From the NCBI GenBank assembly GCA_963714275.1, contig CAVQNT010000002.1:928001-992000 (forward strand): DNA of 64,000 bases, written 5' to 3'. Under the pieces are notes generated by a model. It had not been told where the DNA came from and ran no database searches. It was given only the letters and a program-made list of their open reading frames with translations. Shown here one piece after another: positions 53,763 to 62,900 of this stretch. Each line of letters starts with the position of its first letter. Position 1 is the stretch's first letter. Position numbers and translations under genes: made by a program. The stretch is from Candidatus Bathyarchaeota archaeon (GTDB taxonomy: Archaea; Thermoproteota; Bathyarchaeia; Bathyarchaeales; DTEX01).

Positions 53763-55118
53763 TCAACGCCCGTTTCTCAGCTCAGCTGACTCGTATGGAC
53801 TCAGGATAACAGGCTCTTGGCATTCCCTGAATTTGAGGGCTACTCGATTATGTCGATTCTGGAGATTATTGGTATTGTAAGCATCGCTATGATTGAGGCA
53901 AGAACAAATCCTACTGTATAACCATAGGACGGTTATCACCAGACCTCCAAGAGCTGAGCCAATTGCGTTGGCTACTCCAATTGATGACTGGAGTTCTCCT
54001 TGGACGCTTCCTTTACGATCTGCGGGAGCCTGTGAGATAGCGAAAGTCGTGATTGGAAGCCAGATCATGGCGTAGAAGATGCTCCAAATGATGGAGATTA
54101 TGAGAGGAAATATGAAGACAAAGGATACTGGATAGAAAAAGAATATTGGAAGCGCGGCCCAGCATAGTATTAGACCGCCTCTGACGAGAACGACGCGATT
54201 GAGTAACTGTTTGTGATCCGAATTTATGCGCGGAGCGATCCTGACAAAGGCGATGGCTTGCGCCACGCCTGCTGCACTGCTAACTGCCAGTATGAGACTA
54301 TCTGAGAGCCCAAGAACTCTCATCAGCGGTATCTGGCCTACGCCGAAGAAATTTATGCCTATCCAATGCACAAAGGCGGCCAAGAAGAGCAGTTGGAGCG
54401 GCTTCAGCTGTTTCAGGTTTTTGGGAATCTTGAATCTCCTTATGTCCAAGTAATGCAAGACAGGCTTAGGTGAAAAGAATCTTTCTACGTCATGGAAGCT
54501 TCTCACTTGGAAAGGATGCCTTTCAAGTGTTATTTCAGGTTCTTGTCCCGTCCTCCAGAGCAGGAGAGCCGCAAGAAAGCACATGGCAGCTGAGATGTAA
54601 AAGAGCCAGCGGGTCTCATAGAATTGCGCTGCAACCGTGTATGTTAAGAGTCCCAATATGTTGCCCACACTAGTGACAGAATTATATCTTGCAACTCCGC
54701 CTTGCCAATTCTTACCCTTACAACATTCCACAGTGTACATTACGGCAATAGGGGCTACGCCACTAGTAATACTAACAAGTACAGTATAGAGGAGAATCAA
54801 CTGTGGAACAGAGTTTGCCATACTTAATGCTAGGAATATTGGACCTAGGATTATGAAGAAGAAGAGGAGATACTTCTTCCTCCTTCCAGAAAAGTCAGAA
54901 AGTCTTCCCCATACCGCAGAAAGTACGATTGTTGCCACAGCTCCAGCAGCGGTCATAACTCCAATATCGGCTACATTTGCACCCAAGGATAGAGCGACCA
55001 AAGTTGCGAGAAGCCCAGGGGAGCCGATCGCCATGTAAAGAGGGATTAGGGAAAGATGCCAACGCGTTTCCGGCTTTTCATTCGGTTTCACAGGATCGAC
55101 AGCACCCGTCTGACTCAC
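53763..55118 (-). CDS. MFS transporter
   Basis: WGRLSDFSGRRK (motif A); ~12 TM helices. Confidence 0.9.
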   Translation of the reverse strand: MSQTGAVDPVKPNEKPETRWHLSLIPLYMAIGSPGLLATLVALSLGANVADIGVMTAAGAVATIVLSAVWGRLSDFSGRRKKYLLFFFIILGPIFLALSMANSVPQLILLYTVLVSITSGVAPIAVMYTVECCKGKNWQGGVARYNSVTSVGNILGLLTYTVAAQFYETRWLFYISAAMCFLAALLLWRTGQEPEITLERHPFQVRSFHDVERFFSPKPVLHYLDIRRFKIPKNLKQLKPLQLLFLAAFVHWIGINFFGVGQIPLMRVLGLSDSLILAVSSAAGVAQAIAFVRIAPRINSDHKQLLNRVVLVRGGLILCWAALPIFFFYPVSFVFIFPLIISIIWSIFYAMIWLPITTFAISQAPADRKGSVQGELQSSIGVANAIGSALGGLVITVLWLYSRICSCLNHSDAYNTNNLQNRHNRVALKFRECQEPVILSPYESAELRNGR

Positions 55119-55320
55119 CTCTTTTGTCTATCAACGTAGATAAAGTCGCGTCTTCAGCGCTCCAAGAGTGACGATACCGATGAGAAGAAGTCTCATTTAT
55201 CTTTTTATTTTTTTGAGGTCTCCATCTTTGGTTTTTAGGAATTCTAGCGCTTGCGTCTTTTTATTAAAGAACAGTACAAAACGATGGTGATATCTTCCCA
55301 ACTAGCAGAAGAGAGAGAAA

Positions 55321-55335
55321 GATTAAAATTTAATT
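55321..55335. repeat. palindromic site GATTAAAATTTAATT
   Basis: preceded by GAAGAGAGAGAAA (right-TIR-like). Confidence 0.7.
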
Positions 55336-55626
55336 CCTTCCTTCCTTCCTTCCTTACAAGAATGCTAGCTCAGCTAGATTCTTTAGATTTCAACCGATAA
55401 CATGGGAGGATACTCTTCAGCCATTCTGAAAATAAGTTCCTCTTCCCAGTAGACCTTAAGGTAGAATCCATGTCCTAGCTAAGCTCACTAACTATCCATA
55501 ATGCTATACTTCACTCTCTAACAGAGAGATAGATAACAAACACGCAACACAAAAAAATAACTTTGAAGAATTTATAAGACATAAAAGTATATATATTTAT
55601 ATTATCGGAAAAAGGGTTAGGTTGAT

Positions 55627-56637
55627 ATGAAAAAAATTTTAAATGAGCCTTCGGGATTTGTCGACGATATGCTTCAGGGCATCTTAAAAGCCTATCCAAA
55701 CCACCTGCGTCTTGTTGAAGGTAGTAGACGAGCTTCAGCTCGGGTTGAAGCTCCCGTTAAAGAAAAAGTAGGTATTGTTACAGGCGGAGGTTCAGGTCAC
55801 CTTCCAGTATTTCTGGGATATGTCGGAAAAGGACTCGTTGACTCGGTTGCAGTTGGAGATGTCTTCAACTCTCCCACTATGGATGATGTGCTGGCGGCTA
55901 CTAAGGCAGTAAACGCTGGTGAAGGAGTTCTGTACCTTTATGGGAATTATATGGGGGATGTTCTTAACTTCGACATGACTGCTGAAATGGCCGAAATTGA
56001 GGGCATAAAAGTTGAAACGGTCTTAGTTAGCGACGACGTGGCTTCAGCTCCTAAAAACCAATGGAAAAGAAGAAGAGGAATCGCTGGCTTATTTTTTGCC
56101 TATAAAATTGCAGGCGCAAAGGCTGAAGAGCGTGGTAAACTAGATGAAGTTAAAGCAGTAGCCGAGAAAACTGTATTTAACACCCGTTCGATGGGTGTAG
56201 CCTTATCTCCATGCACAATCCCCGCTGTCGGTAAACCAACATTTAGTATTAGCGAAGATGAGATGGAGTTAGGCATGGGCATTCACGGTGAACCTGGTAT
56301 TGAACGAACCAAAATGATGACTGCTAATGAAATTGCGAATATATTAACTAATAAGATTCTGGAAGATTTACCTTTCAAGAAGGAAGATGAAATAGCCATT
56401 TTAGTTAATGGCTTAGGCGCTACCCCTCTTGAAGAATTATTCATCGTCTATAGCAAAGTAAACGAAATTCTGAATGAAAAAGCGATTATCGTGCATAAAG
56501 CCTACATAGGAGAGTATGCTACCTCTATGGAAATGTCAGGCTGCTCATTAAGTCTTCTTCGACTTGATGAAGAACTGAAAATACTTCTTGACACGCAAGC
56601 TTTCTCACCATTCCTTATGCAATGGGGATGCTATTGA
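55627..56637 (+). CDS. dhaK: dihydroxyacetone kinase subunit K
   Basis: GGGSGHLP, NYMGD.LNF, RRGIAG, GMGIHGEPG, NGLGATP. Confidence 0.95.
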   Translation: MKKILNEPSGFVDDMLQGILKAYPNHLRLVEGSRRASARVEAPVKEKVGIVTGGGSGHLPVFLGYVGKGLVDSVAVGDVFNSPTMDDVLAATKAVNAGEGVLYLYGNYMGDVLNFDMTAEMAEIEGIKVETVLVSDDVASAPKNQWKRRRGIAGLFFAYKIAGAKAEERGKLDEVKAVAEKTVFNTRSMGVALSPCTIPAVGKPTFSISEDEMELGMGIHGEPGIERTKMMTANEIANILTNKILEDLPFKKEDEIAILVNGLGATPLEELFIVYSKVNEILNEKAIIVHKAYIGEYATSMEMSGCSLSLLRLDEELKILLDTQAFSPFLMQWGCY

Positions 56638-57282
56638 AAGATAAGATAACGTCTGCTTACTTAATCAAAATATTCGAAAAAATAGCTAATGATGTTACAG
56701 AATCTAAAGATTTCATCCGTGAACTTGATGCAGCCGTAGGAGATGGCGATCTCGGGGTAACCACATCCGACTGGATTAAAGAGTTTAAGAAACGGTCTTG
56801 TTGAACTTTCAGACAGTGATATAGGAACCATCCTGATTAAATGCGGTATAAACTATAACAAGTCTGGGGCATCTACCTTTGGAACGCTATTAGCCATAGC
56901 ATTAATGAAAGCAGGAAACGAGGTAAAGGGTAAAAATGATGTTGATCTACTCGACCTTGTAAAAATGGCTAATGCAGCTGTTCAAGAAATCAAAGATCGT
57001 GGAAAGGCGCAAATAGGCGACAAGACGATACTCGACGTTTTAGTGCCCGCTACTGAAGCGTTGCAAAGTGCATATAACCACAAAAAGAATATGGCAGAGG
57101 CTTTGGATGAAGCTTTAAATGCTGGTGAAGAAGGCTTAAAGTCAACCATACAAATGAGGTCGAAGGTTGGTCGTTCCAGCTGGCTGGGAGAAAAAACAAT
57201 AGGAAAACAAGATCCAGGCGCTACTGTAATTTATCTAATGCTTAAATCATTCACCGAATTTGTGAAATCACTAGCTGACTAG
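56622..57282 (+). CDS. dhaL: dihydroxyacetone kinase subunit L (frameshift near 56770)
   Basis: ELDAAVGDGDLG, GKAQIGDKT.LD, GRSSWLGE...DPGA. Confidence 0.9.
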
Positions 57283-57292
57283 AAAAGCAATA

Positions 57293-57482
57293 GTGGTTTA
57301 TGATTCTAAATTCGGTAATACCGAGAAGATCGCAAAAGCACTTAGTTGGGGAATGAGAAAGAATGGTTTCTCGGTCGACTGCGTTAAAATAGATACTGTT
57401 GACCCAACAAAACTCGCAGACTACGATCTGCTGGCTATAGGGGCTCCCACACAAGCTTTAGGTATATCTGGACCGCGCGCGC
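57293..57482 (+). pseudogene. truncated flavodoxin
   Basis: VYDSKFGNTEKIAKAL...YDLLAIGAPT; homology ends at CGCGCGCGC. Confidence 0.8.
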
Positions 57483-57547
57483 TGTCTCTTCTTTTTTGGG
57501 GTTTCTTGATTATTGCTTCTTTCAGGCTATTGAATTCTTTTTACCTC

Positions 57548-58542
57548 TTATTTGAAGACTTTGACAACCTTGTCGTAGTATGTTTCCACTTCTTCGTCTG
57601 TTCCTTTTCTAGGATAGGTGAGAAAGGTGGTCACGCCTATATCGATGCGCTTCTGTATCTGATCGATGATTTCGTCAGTAGTGCCAATTAGGTTCCAATC
57701 AACATACTCTTGCGTCAAAGGCATTAGGCCTCGAGTGAATTTCAGACCCGGAGTCCTCTCAACTATGTCGACCAGCTCCTCTTTGCGACGATAAATTATT
57801 AACTCAGAACTCCACTGTTTCTTTATCTCATCATAGTTTCTACCCACTACCTCACAATGCTTCTTCAAAACATTCAACTTATGCTTATACGATTCCACAC
57901 TTCCAAAAAAGTTCCATTCGTCAGCCTCCCGAGCGACTACCCTGAGGGTCAGTGCTCTCCTCCGCCGCCAATCATTATTGGTGGTCGGGGTTTCTGAACG
58001 GGTTTAGGCTCACAAATCGGATTGTCAATTTGGAAGTATTTTCCCTTCCATTTTGGACTCTTCTCAGTCCACATCATCTTGCATATTTTCACGGCTTCCC
58101 TCAACTGTGCGATTCTAATCGCTGGCTTGGGGAATAGCATACCATAGCCTCTATACTCTTGTTCGGCCCATCCTGCTCCGATGCCCAATATGACTCTTCC
58201 ATGTGAAATAAAGTCTATGTTAGCCACCATTCTCGCTAGGACGGCGGGATTGCGGTAGCCGACGGCGACGACCGTCTCTCCCAGTTGGGCTCTCTTCGTT
58301 ACGGCTGCGATGGCTGCTTTGGTTGTCCCCCATTCAAGCATTGCTCCTCCTTCCCAGGATAGGTGGTCGCAGCCATAAATGGCATCGTAGCCCAGTTCAT
58401 CACATTTTATGGCCATGCTTGCGACTTTATCCCAGTTGACTTCCGATTTTGTCTGACCTGCCACATCTCTATACCAGTGACATCGATCGAGGATAATTCC
58501 AAATTTTATTTTAGCCAATTTAGTCACCACATCGAATGTCAA
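57548..58542 (-). CDS. LLM-class flavin/F420-dependent oxidoreductase (frameshift near 57950)
   Basis: DH, YRNPAVLA, GRVILGIGAGW...EY, PKPVQKPRPPIMIGGGGE. Confidence 0.9.
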
Positions 58543-58615
58543 CTTTTAAAATAAAAGATTTTATGGTTGAATTGATTCGCGCGTGCTTTGAATTGGTTTG
58601 GGATTTGGGTTTGGG

Positions 58616-58630
58616 GATTAAAAATTAATG
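58616..58630. repeat. degenerate palindromic site GATTAAAAATTAATG
   Basis: preceded by TTTGGGATTTGGGTTTGGG. Confidence 0.65.
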
Positions 58631-58818
58631 ATGATTATTGGCATCAAAACAAGCCAGTTTCGATGGACATAGTGCACTATACTATTCTACTTTGAGTGTA
58701 AGTCAGTTTGAAGGCATCTGGGATTCTTTTTAGCTAGCTTAGCTAATTTTTAAATCTCAACAGGGCAATGACTTGAATAAAGTAGAGGGACACGTTATTC
58801 CTGTACCAATATCTTTTT

Positions 58819-59463
58819 TTAAATGAGGTCGATTTCCAGGCACTCGGCCAGTGCCCAGAGAATTCTTAAGTTGGCTTTTAAGGTTCCTCCGATTCTGGGA
58901 TTCTTCCTCCTGACTGATTCATAGAGTGTTTCGCCTATCTTGAATCCTTTCTTTTTGGCGATTACTAGGAGTTCTCCGCCGAAGGTTTCGTCGCATTTCA
59001 AGTTAAAGTTTGAGACGGTCTCCTTCTTGTAGACTCGGAAGTTTGAGAAAACATCCTTCACACCGAGTAGTTTGCCCAAGGTTCCGGACGCTAGTTTCTC
59101 GGATATTCTGGGCAGCTTTGTGCGTGAAGCAACGAGAATGTCGCATTGTTCAGCTTTTTCGACAAGCTCGGGTATGAGTTCTGGAGGGTTCTCGAAGTCA
59201 GCGTCGATTGTGACTATGACTGGGTATTTTGCCAGCTTCATCCCGTGGAGTAGGCCTTTCGTTTGTCCTTCTCTGGCCTTTCTGATTGTTTTGTCTGCAA
59301 GTTTCTCAGCGATCTCTGCAGTCCCGTCTGTTGAGCTGTCGTCGACGACTATGATCTCGTGTGGCATGTTCTTGAGTGTGTTCTGTATGGTCTGGATTAG
59401 AAGTTTAATGTTTTCTCGTTCATTCCATGTTGTTGTTACGACGGATACTCCATCCGCATTCAT
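58819..59463 (-). CDS. GT2 glycosyltransferase (DPM synthase-like)
   Basis: WNERENI, VVDDSSTDGT, IDAD..NPPE. Confidence 0.9.
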   Translation of the reverse strand: MNADGVSVVTTTWNERENIKLLIQTIQNTLKNMPHEIIVVDDSSTDGTAEIAEKLADKTIRKAREGQTKGLLHGMKLAKYPVIVTIDADFENPPELIPELVEKAEQCDILVASRTKLPRISEKLASGTLGKLLGVKDVFSNFRVYKKETVSNFNLKCDETFGGELLVIAKKKGFKIGETLYESVRRKNPRIGGTLKANLRILWALAECLEIDLI

Positions 59464-59555
59464 GGTTTAAGTCTCTAAATGAAAGGGTAGATAAACGGTT
59501 GGTTCCTGAATAACCAAGGTTGCCTAAAAAGATAAAAACGGCGTCTTTTCTATTG

Positions 59556-60692
59556 TTAATTTTCGATAGACTCGATTCTCACTCCTTTGTCGGCAACTTT
59601 CGTGACGTAAGCTTCTCCGCCTTCTTTGTTTATGGCTTGTGCAACCTTTACTTCGTCTCCGGGTTCACATAGGGCGATCATGCATCCGCCGCCTCCTGAT
59701 CCTGAAAGCTTCGCTCCTAATGCACCAGCCTTAAGAGCTGCTTCTATTAGTTCGTCGAGTCTTGACGGTGACACTGGGCAGTCTCCTGAAACTTGGAGAA
59801 ATTTTTTTAAGTAATGCTGGTTTTCGTTCATCAACTCACCTATTCTACTACAGTTTGGTGAAGGTTTCTCGAGTTCTTCTTTGGCTTTTCCAACAATTTT
59901 GTTTATGTTTTCCATGCCTTCAATGAACTTTTGTTCTCTACTTTGAATCGTTCACCGAGCCAACCTAGTACTTTCGGCGTATCCTTTGGTTGCATTGTGT
60001 CTCCTATCACTAACGGAAGATCTGTTTTGGGTTTTAACCGGTGAATTTTCGCAGGTTCTTCGGTGCAGTCGATGTGCAGGATTCCTCCAAAAGCTGAGGC
60101 ATACTGATCCATCTGGCCGCAATTAATGCCTAATTCCTTCCTTTCACCGGTGTATGCCATGTTTGCATAGAGGGTTAACGTCTCTGGTTTTGATGTATAC
60201 TCTAGAATAGTAGTGGAGTCCTGTTGCTCGATTTCTGGAAAACGGTGGGTCAAGTCAACCGCGGCTGAGATGACTACACACATCGCAGCTGATGATGACA
60301 AGCCCTTACTTACTGGCAGATCCTTTAAAGCCTCTTTCTTGCCTTCTTGTCTTAACCGTTCCTGAACTTCCTCAGACTCTTAGGAACCGCATCTTCATCC
60401 CTCCCAAGATATATGGCAGATCCTTTTTTTTCTGGAAAGCTCTTAGCACCCCTCCAACATATTTAAGATCGGAATTCCAGTTCAGAATTGCATTGTTCAC
60501 CTCGAACTTGTCATATACTGTGAATGGGCTGTAGGAAAACACTTCAGCAACCTTGCTGCTGGTAACCTCAGCTTCAACGAACGACCTCATATCTACGGCG
60601 CAAGCAAGTACTTTATGCCTGCACCAATCCATGTGTTCACCGAAAAGGCATATTCTTCCTGGAGCGGATACAATAATTTTACTAATTATCAA
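59556..60692 (-). CDS. GHMP kinase (galactokinase/mevalonate kinase-like), split into 3 ORFs
   Basis: SAPGRICLFGEH, GLSSSAA, CGQMDQ, GAKLSGSGGGGC. Confidence 0.9.
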
Positions 60693-60754
60693 TCACCTTT
60701 TTATGAAATGGATACTTGTTAGTTTGAACATGCATTCTTCTTTGTTGCTTTGCT

Positions 60755-61630
60755 TTAGTTTTGGCTATGCTTTCTGTTTTTCAGGTTTTGGTAGGAGATG
60801 TTAAACGATTGCCAACAACTTTCTGGGTTTCCTATGTCGATTAGTATCCCGTCAGGTGGTAATTTGACAGCGTAGACTTTCAGGCCTTGGTCAATCATCT
60901 CTTGAATTCCGTCTGTTATCTGCACTTCGCCCCCTTTTTTTTGTTGTGCGGTATCTTCAAGGGCTTTGAAAATTTTCGGATTGAAGATGTATACAGGTAT
61001 TATTGCAAGATTGGTTTGAGGTTTCTCGGGTTTCTCGACGGCTTTTTCTACGTTGTATATTCCGTTTTCGATTTCTTTTCCTTCAATCACCCCATAGATT
61101 TCGGGGTTCTCAACTTCTTTAATCAGCATGGTTGCGTCAGCCTTATACTTTTCGTGGCTTGATATCAAACGGCGGATATGATTGCAGTCTTTATCTAATA
61201 TAGTCATATCTCCTGCATGTACTAGGAAGGTTTCATTTATGAAGTATTCAGCTCTTAAGACGGCGTCTCCGAAGCCTTTAGGTTCTGGTTGGTTTATGAA
61301 GACGATGGTGGAGTTGTTGACTCGCCAATAGAATCTTCTAAGTTCTTCAGCGAGCTCAGCCTTGTTCATTTTTTCGAGTTCTCTTACAAATTCTTCATCA
61401 GGTGTGAAATGGTCTTCTATAGATCTTTTCCCCCTACCCACTATGAAGCCGAACTCTCTGAACCCAGTGTCGTAAAGCTGCTCATAAATGGCTTGAACAA
61501 TCGGCTTCAAACAAGGTCCACCATTCACACTGTCCAGAAAGATGGGCAGCATCTCCTTAGGCATCTCCTTCGTCATCGGAAGAAGCCTAGTCCCCAAACC
61601 AGCCACAGGCAAAACAGCCTTCCTAATCAT
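60755..61630 (-). CDS. UTP-glucose-1-phosphate uridylyltransferase-like nucleotidyltransferase
   Basis: KAVLPVAGLGTRLLP.TK..PKEMLP, Q.EPKGFGDAV, VEKP, GEVQITD. Confidence 0.9.
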   Translation of the reverse strand: MIRKAVLPVAGLGTRLLPMTKEMPKEMLPIFLDSVNGGPCLKPIVQAIYEQLYDTGFREFGFIVGRGKRSIEDHFTPDEEFVRELEKMNKAELAEELRRFYWRVNNSTIVFINQPEPKGFGDAVLRAEYFINETFLVHAGDMTILDKDCNHIRRLISSHEKYKADATMLIKEVENPEIYGVIEGKEIENGIYNVEKAVEKPEKPQTNLAIIPVYIFNPKIFKALEDTAQQKKGGEVQITDGIQEMIDQGLKVYAVKLPPDGILIDIGNPESCWQSFNISYQNLKNRKHSQN

Positions 61631-61778
61631 AAAAACAACCTTTACAAAATTCTTTCATTATGTGTTTATATGTTTTTTAGGCACATAGGAGTAAGGTTGT
61701 TATTGATATTGCTGAGCCAGCGTAGAATAGGTTTTGGGGCTAAAATTCTAGCAAAATGGTGCTCAGGAAGTAACTATT

Positions 61779-62030
61779 TTGGAGCCTGCAAAGAAAATTA
61801 AAGAATTAACAAAAAGTGAGCCTGGGTTGAGTTTTCATCCTGTATCTAAGGATGATCCGAAAAGACGATGCCCAGACACAGGCAAACTGGAAAAGCTATT
61901 AGGATGGAATCCAAATATAGACTCCAAAGAAGGACTTAAAAGAACAATCATATTGTTCCCACAAAAAAGGTCGATCGATACTAAAAATGTAAAGGAAATG
62001 CGTTGGTGTCATGAAATTAAGATGGTTTGA
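61779..62030 (+). pseudogene. C-terminal fragment of an NAD-dependent epimerase/UDP-glucuronate decarboxylase
   Basis: DDPKRRCPD..K..KLLGW.P....EGLKRTI; no Rossmann N-terminus. Confidence 0.75.
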
Positions 62031-62730
62031 GTCTATAATTACCAAATGGGGAATCAATATTGATAGAGGTCTAGTGTTAGACATCGGCTGCGGCAACGGT
62101 AGGATTTCGCTTGTCGTGAAGAAGACTTTACCTCAAGCGGAATTAGTATCATTGGATCTCTCGAAAACCTGTGTAAAACATGTAAAGGAGAATATTAGTG
62201 ACGAAGCCATTGTTGTGGACGGCACACGATTGCCCATTCGAGACGAAAGCGCCAACCTGATAGTGTGCGACCAAATGATCGAACACATAGAGCGGCAGGA
62301 TGATTTGGTCAGAGAGATGAGTCGTGTTCTTAAAACTAGAGGCAATATTCTCGTAGGTTCAGTGCTACGAAGAAAGTTTGCTCTGAGTCCATATCGGAAT
62401 AGAGAAGGAAAAATGACCTTAAGTCCAGACCATCTCAGAGAATTTGAGAGCAATGAGCAATATACAAGCCTGTTCCGAGATCGCTTCGAAATTCTGGAAA
62501 TCTCGACAATACCAATTACTCATCCTCTCCTCATTACCCTGTACAACGTTCTGTTTTCTTTGGGTTTAGTTAAGTCTGACTTGTATGTTCGCCTTCAAAG
62601 ACACAACCCGGAATTGATCTACAAGGACTCGCTGCTGACTCTGATTACGATACCACGTCCGCGATTCTCATATATATACATTTTAGCTGAGAAGAAGAGA
62701 TGCCGTGATATCGCTGTAGCCAAGCGGTGA
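62011..62730 (+). CDS. class I SAM methyltransferase
   Basis: VLDIGCGNG, LP..D.S, IEH, EMSRVLK. Confidence 0.9.
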   Translation: MKLRWFESIITKWGINIDRGLVLDIGCGNGRISLVVKKTLPQAELVSLDLSKTCVKHVKENISDEAIVVDGTRLPIRDESANLIVCDQMIEHIERQDDLVREMSRVLKTRGNILVGSVLRRKFALSPYRNREGKMTLSPDHLREFESNEQYTSLFRDRFEILEISTIPITHPLLITLYNVLFSLGLVKSDLYVRLQRHNPELIYKDSLLTLITIPRPRFSYIYILAEKKRCRDIAVAKR

Positions 62731-62900
62731 TACACCGTATGCTGGTAATTGGTCAAAAAGTACTATTATTTGGCTAAATTTTAAGGCAAGGAAACTAATG
62801 TGAAACCCGCCCGACGAAAGAGGCTCCTCTTTGAAATACTAAAAAAAAGCTCAAACCTATTCGAAAGAATTTGCTATATTCATCTTAGGGAGTATTTGCG

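Noticed and set aside
57293-57691. Full-length 132-aa flavodoxin
   Set aside because: Homology stops at the CG run (57474); the rest is read-through antisense to the LLM oxidoreductase gene.
3101-58630. Canonical CRISPR array associated with cas1
   Set aside because: There are no 25-40-bp repeats with regular short spacers and no cas2 or effector genes; the recurring site is 15 bp and its copies are kb apart.
3-58750. AGCT clusters as artificial contig linkers (CTAGCTAGCTAG type)
   Set aside because: The motifs vary in sequence and length and have no N runs, whereas an inserted linker would be invariant. A library artefact still cannot be excluded without reads.
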